Source: Vicinamibacterales bacterium (lineage in GTDB: Bacteria > Acidobacteriota > Vicinamibacteria > Vicinamibacterales > CAVVIG01). Taken from it: DNA of 64,000 nt. Both the position numbers and the translations under genes were made by a program. The notes under the pieces were generated by a model. The model did no database searches, had not been told where the DNA came from, and worked only from the letters and a program-made list of their open reading frames with translations. The stretch lies in assembly GCA_050183995.1 (NCBI GenBank), contig JBFXAT010000003.1, positions 48,616 to 112,615 of the forward strand. Direction: 5' to 3'. Shown one piece after another: positions 34,010-42,839 of the stretch; within the stretch, counting starts at the first letter, position 1; every line of letters begins with the position of its first letter.

Positions 34010-34804
34010 ATGCAGCAGCGCCAGCCACGGCTCGGTGACATTCTGGACGACTACTGTCCACGTGAACGGCGACTGACCAACCACGCGGTCGTCGCCATGG
34101 TCGGCGACGCCGTCAAGCAGACACGCTGCACGACGTGCGAGTCCGAGCACGAGTACAAGCACGCCCACGTGCCGAAGCCTCGCAAGAAGCCCGACCAGTC
34201 GCTGTATTCCCAGGTGCTCGCTGGTGTCGCGCCGAAGCGCGTGACGACGCCCTCGCCCGCCCACGAGGAGGCCGCGCTGTCCGAGGATCGTGAACAGGCC
34301 GAGGAGCCCGATGCCACCGAGCTCGAGTCGGAATCGGAGCCGGCCGCCTTCCAGCCTTCCCCTCGCGGAGCCGCGACGGCGTTCACGCTGTCGACGAGCG
34401 ACGCCGCCGGCGAGCGCTACGACGCCGAGGCACACGACGCGGAGGTGCACGACGCGGAGGAGCACGACGACGAGCGGGAAGGTGAACCACCGTCCGAAGA
34501 AGGCCCCGTCCACCGGCAGCTCATTCGCGCGCAGCTGCCGCGGCACGAGGGGCAGGTGGCCACCACGCGTCAGGCGCCGGACTTCACCATTCGTATGCCG
34601 ACGACCGGCCGCGCCAACCGTTTTCGTCCGCGGCAGCAGCGCGGCGGGCAGCAGTTCCAAGGCAATCGCGGCGGCGGTGCGCCGTCAGGTGGTCACGCCC
34701 GAGGGGCTGGCCCCGGCCCCGGCGCCCGGCCGCAAGGTGGCCGCCCGCAAGACCGGCCGCGTTCGGGTCAGCGTCGTGGCTCGGGCCGGAACCGCCCGAA
34801 GTAG
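34010..34804 (+). CDS. Hypothetical protein: N-terminal Cys-containing (zinc-ribbon-like) module, acidic repeat region and Arg/Gly-rich basic tail
   Basis: MQQRQPRLGDILDDYCPRERR...RCTTCESEHEYKH, then DAEAHDAEVHDAEEHDDE (15-bp x3 repeat at 34427..34471). The tail reads RGGQQFQGNRGGG...RPRSGQRRGSGRNRPK. GGAG lies 8 nt upstream of the ATG. Confidence 0.55.
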   Translation: MQQRQPRLGDILDDYCPRERRLTNHAVVAMVGDAVKQTRCTTCESEHEYKHAHVPKPRKKPDQSLYSQVLAGVAPKRVTTPSPAHEEAALSEDREQAEEPDATELESESEPAAFQPSPRGAATAFTLSTSDAAGERYDAEAHDAEVHDAEEHDDEREGEPPSEEGPVHRQLIRAQLPRHEGQVATTRQAPDFTIRMPTTGRANRFRPRQQRGGQQFQGNRGGGAPSGGHARGAGPGPGARPQGGRPQDRPRSGQRRGSGRNRPK

Positions 34805-34837
34805 AACGATCCTTCTCATCCAGCACCTCTGATTCGT

Positions 34838-35611
34838 ATGTCCGATCTTTCAGGCAAGTTCGGCCTCGTGCTCGGTGTGGCCAACAAGCGCTCGATCTCG
34901 TGGGCGATCGCGCAGGCGGCTGCCCGCGCCGGCGCACGCCTGGCCCTGACCTATCCGAGCGAACGGCTCGAAGAGAACGTTCGCGATCTCGCCGGCACGC
35001 TCGCCGATGCCGTGGTCCTGCCGTGCGACGTCACGACCGACGAACAGATTGCGGCGCTCACGGGCGCTCTCGACTCCGAGTTCGGCGGGCTCGACTTCGT
35101 CGTGCACGGCGCGGCGTACGCGCCGGCAGCCGAGCTGGCGAACTCGTTCGTGCAGACGTCGCGCGAGGGTTTTCGCACGGCGCTGGACGTCAGCGCGTTT
35201 TCGCTCGTCGCGCTCACCGCGGCGTGCGTGCCCCTCATGGAGAAGCGCGGCGGCGGCAGCGTGGTCACGCTGTCCCACATCGGCAGCGAGCGTGTGTTCC
35301 CCCACTACAACGTGATGGGCGTGGCGAAGGCCGCGCTCGAGGCCAGCGTCCGCTACCTGGCCGCCGACCTGGGACCGCGCAACATCCGCGTCAACGCGAT
35401 CTCCGCCGGCCCCATCAAGACGCTCGCGGCCGCCGGCATCCCCGGCCTCTCCGCAATGCTACAGGCGCAGCGTGAACGCGCGCCGCTGCGGCGGGGGATG
35501 GAGCTTGGCGAGATTGCCGACGCAGCCGTCTTCCTGCTCAGCAATGCCTCGCGCGCCATCACCGGCGAGGTCCTCCTCGTGGATGGCGGGTATCACGTGG
35601 CCGGCATCTAG
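34838..35611 (+). CDS. fabI: Enoyl-[acyl-carrier-protein] reductase (NADH)
   Basis: Shows GLVLGVANKRSISWAIAQA...YNVMGVAKAALEASVRYLA...RVNAISAGPIKTLAA. Confidence 0.93.
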   Translation: MSDLSGKFGLVLGVANKRSISWAIAQAAARAGARLALTYPSERLEENVRDLAGTLADAVVLPCDVTTDEQIAALTGALDSEFGGLDFVVHGAAYAPAAELANSFVQTSREGFRTALDVSAFSLVALTAACVPLMEKRGGGSVVTLSHIGSERVFPHYNVMGVAKAALEASVRYLAADLGPRNIRVNAISAGPIKTLAAAGIPGLSAMLQAQRERAPLRRGMELGEIADAAVFLLSNASRAITGEVLLVDGGYHVAGI

Positions 35612-35710
35612 GAAGAAAGGGAGTGGGAAATGGGGAAAAGGGAGAAGCCCTTCCAGCTCTCGCCGCCCACTTTTCCCTTTTCACTTTTCCCCTTCGTCCT
35701 CCCCTTCCTC
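35611..35710. repeat. Polypurine block / spacer / polypyrimidine block (imperfect long inverted repeat)
   Basis: GGAAGAAAGGGAGTGGGAAATGGGGAAAAGGGAGAAG, then a 23-nt spacer, then TTTTCCCTTTTCACTTTTCCCCTTCGTCCTCCCCTTCCTC. The arms are partly complementary (GGGGAAAAG/CTTTTCCCC). Confidence 0.7.
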
Positions 35711-35781
35711 TCGCTCAGAGACGCGGGCCTTTTCGGCAACCTGCTGGATCGCCCGGCATCCGGGTTGCACACTCAGCCGCG

Positions 35782-36084
35782 ATGCGCCTGGCGCTCGCGT
35801 TGCTCCTGCTGTCGCTCGCATCGGGATCGTGCAGCCGCGCGATCGACACCACTATCCAGGACGCGGCGATCACGGCCGGCGTCAAGACCGCGCTCTTGAA
35901 CGATGCTGCCGTCGACGGCACCACGGTGGAGGTCCGGACAGTGGGAGGCGTCGTGCGCCTCGAAGGGATGGCGCGGACGCGCGACGAGGCCGATCGCATG
36001 ATCGCCCTCGTGCGGGGCGTCGGCGGCGTCCGCGACGTCGATGCGCGGATCAGCGTTGAGCCTCGCTCCACTCCTCGGTTCTGA
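35782..36084 (+). CDS. BON domain-containing lipoprotein
   Basis: MRLALALLLLSLASGSCS, then IQDAAITAGVKTALLNDAAVDGTTVEVRTVGGVVRLEGMARTRDEADRMIALVRGVGGVRDVDARI. Confidence 0.8.
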   Translation: MRLALALLLLSLASGSCSRAIDTTIQDAAITAGVKTALLNDAAVDGTTVEVRTVGGVVRLEGMARTRDEADRMIALVRGVGGVRDVDARISVEPRSTPRF

Positions 36085-36760
36085 CACACTGGCGCGCAAC
36101 GCCGAGCTCTTCGAGCAGGCGGGGCATCTCTTCGACCAGCGCCGGCGGTCCACACACGAAACACAGCGTCCGCCCATCGTGCACGAGCGGCTGCAGATCC
36201 GCGCGCGCAATGCGTCCGCGGGTGCCGGACCAATTGCCGCTCACGCCCCGCGTCACGGTCATGCGCAACTCGATCGTCCCGGCATCGGCGAGCGCCTGCA
36301 GCTCCGATGCGTAGGCGAACTCCTCCGGTGAACGGGCGCTGTACATCACGCCCACGGCATCGTGCGGCAGGCCCAGCGCGTAGCGGATCATGGAGCGCAG
36401 AGGCGCGATGCCCGTTCCGCCGGCGATGAAGAGGAACCGCCGTTCGCTGGGATGCCCCGGGAACGTGAAGCCGCCGAAGGGACCGTCGAGATCCACCAGC
36501 GCGCCGGCCTCGAGCCGCAGGTGCGGACCGGCGTCGCCGGCGGTGTCGATGCCGACGAGCAGCTCCAGTCGTCCATCGCGCTTCACATCGTCGGGCGACA
36601 CGGCGATGGAATAGGGACGCCGAACTTCCTGCCCGTGCGTTCCGAGCCAGATGGCCTGGCCTGGCTCGAATGGAAACGGCGTGCCGTGAAGGTCGATGTG
36701 AACGATGCGAGCGCGAGGCGTCGCATCGTGAACTGCGCTGATCGGCCTGGTCAGGAGCAC
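36050..36760 (-). CDS. FAD/NAD(P)-binding oxidoreductase (ferredoxin-NADP reductase-like)
   Basis: Shows RRPYSIAV (FAD-binding RxYS)...FIAGGTGIAPLRSM...FVCGPPALVEEM. Confidence 0.85.
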   Translation of the reverse strand: MLLTRPISAVHDATPRARIVHIDLHGTPFPFEPGQAIWLGTHGQEVRRPYSIAVSPDDVKRDGRLELLVGIDTAGDAGPHLRLEAGALVDLDGPFGGFTFPGHPSERRFLFIAGGTGIAPLRSMIRYALGLPHDAVGVMYSARSPEEFAYASELQALADAGTIELRMTVTRGVSGNWSGTRGRIARADLQPLVHDGRTLCFVCGPPALVEEMPRLLEELGVARQCVRTEEWSEAQR

Positions 36761-36927
36761 GTGGACCTATGCTAGCGCACGGTCCCTCGGTGCGCGACGG
36801 TCCCGACGTGCCCTGGAACACGCCCACCACGAGTGCGCGCGCGACCGGCCCGACCGCTCACGCCGGTCGAGCAGCAGGTCGGGATTCGGGGGCCACGGGC
36901 GTACGCCCTGTTCGCGCGGCGGATCGG

Positions 36928-38289
36928 CTAGTCGACTGGAATGCTGGACGTGCTCGACCCGTCCGGCTGGAGGGCGAACTCCGCAATCTTCCGGTAGAGC
37001 GTGCCTCGGCTGATGGCGAGCACTCGTGCGGCCTCCTTCTTGTTCCACTGAACGGCCTCGAGCACGCGTGAGATGTGCGCGCGTTCTGCTTCGGCCAGCG
37101 TCGACAGCCGTTCCGACCCGAGCGGTTGTGCCGGCTCGGGACGGAGGAAGTCGACATCCTGCGCCCGAATCGCCCTGCCGGGCGCCGAGAGCGCCGCGCG
37201 GGCCACCGTGCTCTCCAGCTCCCGGATGTTGCCCGGCCACGCATAGGCGAGCAGCGCGTCGAGCGCGTCGCGCGTGAAGGACCGGCTGTCGGCGGGCAGC
37301 CCCTGCGCAAGACAGTGCCGCGCGAGGAATCGCTCGGCGAGGATCGGAATGTCGACGCGCCGTTCGCGCAGCGACGGCAGCCTGATCGCGAAGGCGTTCA
37401 CGCGGTAGTAGAGATCTTCGCGAAAGCGTCCGTCCCGCACGAACTCGTCGAGGGGCCGGTTGGTCGCCGAAATCAGCCGGAAGTCCACCGTGATCGAGCG
37501 GTGGCCTCCGAGGCGTTCGAACCGGCGTTCTTCGAGCACGCGCAGCAGCTTCGCCTGGGCGATGAGCGCCAGGTCGCCGATTTCGTCGAGGAAGAGCGTC
37601 CCATTGTCGGCCAGCTCGAGCCGCCCCGGCTTGCGCTCGTGTGCGCCGGTGAACGCGCCGCGTTCGTGCCCGAAGATCTCCGACTCGAACAGCGTGTCTG
37701 GCAGCGCGGCGCAGTTCACCGCCTGGAAGCGCCCGCTCGCGCGTCGACTCAGCTCGTGGATCATCCGCGCGACCACTTCCTTGCCCGATCCGGTCGGGCC
37801 CAGGATCAGGACCGAGATGTCGGACTTCGCCGCCGTCCTGATCCACTCGAACGCGATCAGCATCTTCTCGTCGCGCCCGATCATCTCCCTGAAGCGCTGC
37901 ACGGCAGGGGAGCGGTCTTCCACCGTCGCCGCGGCGCGCCGCTCGAGGAACTCGTCGAGGAGGAGCGCTGTGGTGTCGTCGGTCGGCCGCGTCGCGACGA
38001 AGCGTGACGGGAACAGCGTGCCCGGAATCATGTACGCGACGCCGAAGTCGACCAGTTCGCGCACGCAGGCCTCGACGTCCATTCGCAACCGGCCGACCGC
38101 CTGCATCAGCGCCTCGAGCTCGAACGCTTCGTCCGGGTGGGCGTTCAGGAATCGCAGCAGACCCGCGCGCAGCGGCGATTGCACCAGCGCGCGGAATCGT
38201 GCGGCGGCGTCGGCGATCGCGGCGTCGGGGAGGGTCGCAGTGCCGATCTGACTGGCACCGATCGTCGGGTCGTTCATTGCTGCATGCAA
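36928..38289 (-). CDS. Sigma-54-dependent transcriptional activator (bEBP) with a non-receiver N-terminal domain
   Basis: Walker A GPTGSGKE, GAFTGA motif (ERGAFTGAHE), C-terminal Fis-type HTH AARVLAISRGTLYRKI. The N-terminal 150 aa are neither receiver-like nor GAF/PAS-like by eye. Confidence 0.9.
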   Translation of the reverse strand: MHAAMNDPTIGASQIGTATLPDAAIADAAARFRALVQSPLRAGLLRFLNAHPDEAFELEALMQAVGRLRMDVEACVRELVDFGVAYMIPGTLFPSRFVATRPTDDTTALLLDEFLERRAAATVEDRSPAVQRFREMIGRDEKMLIAFEWIRTAAKSDISVLILGPTGSGKEVVARMIHELSRRASGRFQAVNCAALPDTLFESEIFGHERGAFTGAHERKPGRLELADNGTLFLDEIGDLALIAQAKLLRVLEERRFERLGGHRSITVDFRLISATNRPLDEFVRDGRFREDLYYRVNAFAIRLPSLRERRVDIPILAERFLARHCLAQGLPADSRSFTRDALDALLAYAWPGNIRELESTVARAALSAPGRAIRAQDVDFLRPEPAQPLGSERLSTLAEAERAHISRVLEAVQWNKKEAARVLAISRGTLYRKIAEFALQPDGSSTSSIPVD

Positions 38290-38389
38290 TGTATCGGCCG
38301 GTCGGCCGCCGAGCGACAGCGCAGCCGCAGGGATCGCTGATGATCGGGTGGTAAGCTAGGTGTCCGCTTCGACTTCAAGGAGACCGTAC

Positions 38390-39526
38390 GTGCCGCATCG
38401 CGCCCCAGGATCGCCCGGAATCTCCCGCCAGCCGTTTCTTTCAGGCAAGCCGATCACCTATTACCGCCCATCGGGCAGTTCCCAGGTGAAGCACCTGATC
38501 GACGAGGGGTTTCAAGCCTTCAACGCGGGGCGCCTGTCGGAGGCCTGCCAGATCTTCAGCGAGAAGATGCTCGCGCCCGAGAACGACACGACGATCGGGC
38601 TCACGGTGGCGGGAGCCCTGACGCCGGCCGGCCTTGGCGGCTGTGTGATCGAGCTGATGGATCGCGGGCTCGTCGACTTCGTGATCTCGACCGGCGCCAA
38701 CCTCTATCACGACCTCCACTACGCGCTGAACTTCACGCTGCGCCGCGGGTCGCCGTTCCTGAACGACGTGGAGCTGTACGAAGAGGGCGTCATCCGCATC
38801 TACGACGTGCTCTTTCCCGCAACGGTGCTGCTCGAGACCGACTTGTACATCCGTGATTTCATCGCGCGATCCGGGCTGAACGAGGCGATCTCGACCTCGG
38901 AGTTCCACTACCGCCTGGGGCTCGACCTGCTCGAACGGCAGCCGGGCTGCGAAGAGTATTCGGTGCTCGCGCGCGCTGCGCGCGCCGGCGTGCCCATCTA
39001 TACGTCGTCGCCGGGCGACAGCTCCATAGGCATGAATATCGCCTATCACGAGCTGATGAACGGTAGCCGGCTGATGATCGACCCGAACCGCGACGTCAAC
39101 GAGATCTGCGCCATCGTGCTCGCCGGAAAGAAGAACGGCTGCGTGATCCTCGGCGGCGGCTCGCCGAAGAATTTCTACCTGCAGGCGCAGCCGACGTTGT
39201 GGGAGGTCTACGGCATTCCGAAGGGCGGGAACGACTACTTCATCCAGATCACCACCGATCAGGTCGTGTGGGGCGGCCTCTCCGGCGCCACCCCCGCCGA
39301 AGCCGTGAGCTGGGGCAAGGTGAACCCGGGCGTGCTTCCGGACACGGTCGTTGCGTACTGCGACTCGACCATCGCATTCCCCCTGTTCTGCGAGTACGCG
39401 GTGGCCTCGGCGAATGCCCGCAGGCCGCGCAAGGACCTGCTGCACAAGCGCGACGCTCTCGTGGCCGCGTTGGCCACCGAGGCGCGGGCCGCCGACGAGA
39501 AGCGCAGGGCCGACGCGGCGGGATGA
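38390..39526 (+). CDS. Deoxyhypusine synthase family protein
   Basis: TIGLTVAGALTPAGLGGCVIELMDRGLVDFVISTGANLYHDLHYALNF...ILGGGSPKNF. The track start is GTG 38360. GTG 38390 is preferred because AAGGAG lies 7 nt upstream. Confidence 0.85.
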   Translation: MPHRAPGSPGISRQPFLSGKPITYYRPSGSSQVKHLIDEGFQAFNAGRLSEACQIFSEKMLAPENDTTIGLTVAGALTPAGLGGCVIELMDRGLVDFVISTGANLYHDLHYALNFTLRRGSPFLNDVELYEEGVIRIYDVLFPATVLLETDLYIRDFIARSGLNEAISTSEFHYRLGLDLLERQPGCEEYSVLARAARAGVPIYTSSPGDSSIGMNIAYHELMNGSRLMIDPNRDVNEICAIVLAGKKNGCVILGGGSPKNFYLQAQPTLWEVYGIPKGGNDYFIQITTDQVVWGGLSGATPAEAVSWGKVNPGVLPDTVVAYCDSTIAFPLFCEYAVASANARRPRKDLLHKRDALVAALATEARAADEKRRADAAG

Positions 39527-39529
39527 CCC

Positions 39530-39961
39530 GTGGGGACGCTGGCCTCCGAGCTCGCCGCCCACGCCGATCGCATTTCGCGTCCCCGCGTGTACGCCGACGC
39601 CAACGTCCCCGCTCCGCTCGTGGCCTTCATGCGCCGGACGCTCGACTGGGACGTGCTGTTCGTCATGGAAGAGCCCGATCTCCGGCGCGCCGCCGACGTC
39701 CGACACTACAGGCTCGCTCAGCAGCTCCGCCGCACGCTCATCACCAACGATCGCGACTACCTCGACGATCGCAGATTCCCGCCTGATGAAACGGCCGGCG
39801 TCCTGGTCGTCCATGCGCCCGACGACCGGCAGCTCTGTGCCCTGTTGACGCGAGTGCACCGCCTGCTCTTCGAGGCGGCCGAAGGCGTCGAGCGCCAGGC
39901 CCTCCCGCTCGAAGGGCGCAAGCTCGAGCTGCACACCGACTGGCGCCGGGACGCACGATGA
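39530..39961 (+). CDS. DUF5615/Mut7-C-like PIN-like domain protein
   Basis: RVYADANVPAPLVAFMRRTLDWDVLFV...RTLITNDRDYLD...GVLVVH. GTG start 3 nt after the previous stop; the stop overlaps the nagA ATG (ATGA). Confidence 0.6.
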   Translation: MGTLASELAAHADRISRPRVYADANVPAPLVAFMRRTLDWDVLFVMEEPDLRRAADVRHYRLAQQLRRTLITNDRDYLDDRRFPPDETAGVLVVHAPDDRQLCALLTRVHRLLFEAAEGVERQALPLEGRKLELHTDWRRDAR

Positions 39962-41199
39962 TCGTCCTCGCTGGAGGGGACATCGTCCGGTCTGACGCGA
40001 TCGTTCCATTTCAAACGATTGTCGTGGAGAACGGCCGGATCGCACGCATCCAGCCGGCGCAGGGAGGCAGCGGCGACGGTGGCGGGAGCGGTGCCGGCGA
40101 CGCTGGTGGGGGAGACGGCGGTGCCGTGGTGCATGGCATCGAGCACCACCTCGTCGTCCCAGGCTTCATCGACGTGCACGTCCACGGCGTGGCTGGCGTC
40201 GACGTCCTCGATCGCGACGATGATGCAGTGGCACGAATCGCGGCGGCGTTGCCGCGCTTCGGTGTGACCGCGTTCTGCCCGACGACCGTCGCTTGCGAAC
40301 CGGGCGATCTGCGCAAGGTGCTGGGTCGGATTCGGCGCGCCAGAGAACACCCCGATCCGGCATCGGCGCGTGTGCTGCCTGCGCACCTCGAAAGCAACTT
40401 CATCAACCCCAGCCGGCGGGGCGCCCAGCCCAGCGGCTGCCTGCGTACGGCCGCCGGCCTGCTCTCGCCAGACGCCGCCTCGGACGACACGGCCGAGAAG
40501 GTTCTCCGCGAAATCGACTCCGCGAGCGCCGACGTCGCCATTGTGACCATGGCCCCGGAGCTCGAAGGCGGAATCGCGCTGATTCGCTGGCTTCGAGAAC
40601 GAGGCATCCGCGTCTCGCTCGGTCACTCCGACGCGACGTTCGAAGAGGCCGAAGCGGCCATCGCCGCCGGCGCGAATCAGGCGACGCACCTCTTCAACTG
40701 CATGCCTGCACTGAACCATCGCGAACCGGGGCTCGCCGGTGCGGTGCTGCGAAGCCCGGAGATCATCGCCGAGCTCGTCTGCGACGGCGTGCACCTGCAC
40801 CCGGCCATCGTGCGGATGGCTGTCGCGGCAAAGACGCCGGCGCGAATCATGGCGATTACCGATGGCACAGCCGCGTCGGCGCTGCCCGAAGGCGAATCGG
40901 CTCACCTTGGGGGGCGTGCGATCGCCGTTCGCGGCGGCGCGGCTCGCCTCGCCGATGGAACGCTCGCCGGAAGCGTGCTGACCATGGATCGCGCGTTTCG
41001 GATGCTGATCGATGAGGCTGGCTGCTCGCCTGTCGAGGCCGCACACATGTGCTCGACCACTCCGGCCCGGGCGCTGGGGCTGACCGGGCACGGGCTGATC
41101 GCCGAGGGTGCGGCCGCGGATCTCGCGGTGCTCGACCGTTCCGGAGAGGTCGTGCAGACCTACGTCGCCGGCCGGCTCGTCTACTCTCGGCCGGCGTAA
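39958..41199 (+). CDS. nagA: N-acetylglucosamine-6-phosphate deacetylase (amidohydrolase)
   Basis: Shows VVPGFIDVHVHGVAGVD...VTMAPE...SLGHSDAT...ATHLFNCM...ELVCDGVHL...ITDG. Confidence 0.85.
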   Translation: MIVLAGGDIVRSDAIVPFQTIVVENGRIARIQPAQGGSGDGGGSGAGDAGGGDGGAVVHGIEHHLVVPGFIDVHVHGVAGVDVLDRDDDAVARIAAALPRFGVTAFCPTTVACEPGDLRKVLGRIRRAREHPDPASARVLPAHLESNFINPSRRGAQPSGCLRTAAGLLSPDAASDDTAEKVLREIDSASADVAIVTMAPELEGGIALIRWLRERGIRVSLGHSDATFEEAEAAIAAGANQATHLFNCMPALNHREPGLAGAVLRSPEIIAELVCDGVHLHPAIVRMAVAAKTPARIMAITDGTAASALPEGESAHLGGRAIAVRGGAARLADGTLAGSVLTMDRAFRMLIDEAGCSPVEAAHMCSTTPARALGLTGHGLIAEGAAADLAVLDRSGEVVQTYVAGRLVYSRPA

Positions 41200-41290
41200 G
41201 CCCGTCGGGAAGTCCGTCCGGCCCTCCGAACAACTCCTGCCACTGTGCCGTCTAAGACTGCATCGCGGCGGCGCCGCGTCTGGAGGACCC

Positions 41291-42148
41291 ATGCTCGATC
41301 CCGGTCGGACTCGGAACGCCGTCGCCCCTTCGATCCTCGTCCTGCTCGCAGTGTGCACCGGGGCCTGCGTCGACATCGTGGCTGACGATGGCGGGATCGT
41401 CGAGCGTGTGGAGCACCGGTTCGACGCGGGCGATGAGCCGGTCATCGACGTGCAGACGTTCGACGGCCGCGTCAGCGTTGCGACCTGGAGCCGTCCCGAG
41501 GTGCTGATCGTGGTGGAGAAACACGCCGCCGATCAGGAACACGCGGATCGCATGCAGGTTGCCGCGACGCAGGAGGGGACGCGGATCGTGTTGGCGGTTC
41601 GCCAGACCGGCCCGCGGCAGATCGGGTTCAAGTCTGGTCCGTTCTCCGCACGGCTGCTCGTCATGGCGCCGCCGAGGTCCAGCTTGATCGCGCTCTCCGG
41701 GGACGGCGGGATCGACGTGGTCGATCTCGAAGGCGACATCGACGTTCGGACCGGCGACGGCCCGATACACGTCGCGGAGGTGTCCGGTGCCGTGAGCGCT
41801 CAATCGGGTGACGGGGGCATCGAGATAGAGGGCCGCCTGCGCAACCTGCGCGCGCGATCAGGCGACGGCGGCATCACCGTGCGGGCGCACGAGGGCAGTG
41901 CCGTCTCCGACCCGTGGAGCATCTGGACGGGTGACGGATCGGTGATGCTGGAGCTGCCCAGCGGTTTCGGCGCCGAGCTCGACGCGCACACCGGCGACGG
42001 CCGCATTCGCGTGAGCGACATTGCGTTCAGCGGCCCATCGCCCGAGCTGGCCAAGCGGAGTCTCCGCGGTCGCATCGGAGCCGGAGGTTCGCAGGTACGC
42101 ATCCACACCGGCGACGGTTCGATATCGGTGCGCGGCGTCAGCCCGTGA
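41291..42148 (+). CDS. DUF4097-like beta-strand-repeat lipoprotein
   Basis: GGAGG RBS. Lipobox LLAVCTGAC. Repeated SGDGGI/TGDG.I units (GDGGIDVVD, TGDGPIHV, SGDGGIEI, SGDGGITV, TGDGSVML, TGDGRIRV, TGDGSISV). Confidence 0.75.
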   Translation: MLDPGRTRNAVAPSILVLLAVCTGACVDIVADDGGIVERVEHRFDAGDEPVIDVQTFDGRVSVATWSRPEVLIVVEKHAADQEHADRMQVAATQEGTRIVLAVRQTGPRQIGFKSGPFSARLLVMAPPRSSLIALSGDGGIDVVDLEGDIDVRTGDGPIHVAEVSGAVSAQSGDGGIEIEGRLRNLRARSGDGGITVRAHEGSAVSDPWSIWTGDGSVMLELPSGFGAELDAHTGDGRIRVSDIAFSGPSPELAKRSLRGRIGAGGSQVRIHTGDGSISVRGVSP

Positions 42149-42839
42149 AGGTGCGGGCCGCGTAGTCGGTCGTGTCAGGTACGCCGGCCTTGACGAACGC
42201 CTCGTGCCGCTCGCGGCACTTGCTGCAGACGCCGCAGTGGCGTGGGAACGCAGGGCCGTTGGGGAGCGGGCTCATGCACGACAGCGTCAGCTCGAGCCGC
42301 ACACCGAGCGCCTGTCCACGGCGGATCACATCGATCTTGCTCGAGCCGGCATAGGGCGCCTGGATCTCCAGAGGGCTGTCGAGTCCGAGCGACAGGGCAT
42401 GAGCCATCGCGCCGCGGAAGTCCGGCGTGGCGTCGGGAAACGGATTGCGATCGAGCGTGCCGATCACCAGCCTGCGCACCCCGCGCATGCCGCAGAGGAT
42501 CCCCGCTTTCCCGAGGAGCACGATGTTCCGGCCCGGCAAGTACACGTCTTCGTCCGGCGTGTGGTACGCGGGAGGCGTTCCGTTCAGTGCCCAATGCGCG
42601 GCCGGGTACAGGTCGGTCATGTCGACCGTCAGCTCGACGAGCGGCAGCACCGAAGCCGACCGGTGTCCGTGCGCGAGGAAGTGCCGGACGGCGTCGCGCT
42701 CCGACGCCTCCCACGCGAGGCCGACCGAGACGTAGATGGGCTGTACGTCGATCGGCTGCGCGCCGGGGCGTGCGGCTTCCTCGGCCAGGAGCACGGCGCT
42801 GTCGAGCCCGCCTGACAGGAGTACGGCGACTGGAGGCAT
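42138..42839 (-). CDS. queC: 7-cyano-7-deazaguanine synthase-like PP-loop ATPase (divergent QueC)
   Basis: MPPVAVLLSGGLDSAVLL...YLPGRN...PFPDATPDF...SCMSP...HCGVCSKCRERHEAF. The PP-loop and C-terminal Cys cluster are present, but the canonical YGQRH block is not recognisable. Confidence 0.75.
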   Translation of the reverse strand: MPPVAVLLSGGLDSAVLLAEEAARPGAQPIDVQPIYVSVGLAWEASERDAVRHFLAHGHRSASVLPLVELTVDMTDLYPAAHWALNGTPPAYHTPDEDVYLPGRNIVLLGKAGILCGMRGVRRLVIGTLDRNPFPDATPDFRGAMAHALSLGLDSPLEIQAPYAGSSKIDVIRRGQALGVRLELTLSCMSPLPNGPAFPRHCGVCSKCRERHEAFVKAGVPDTTDYAARTFTG

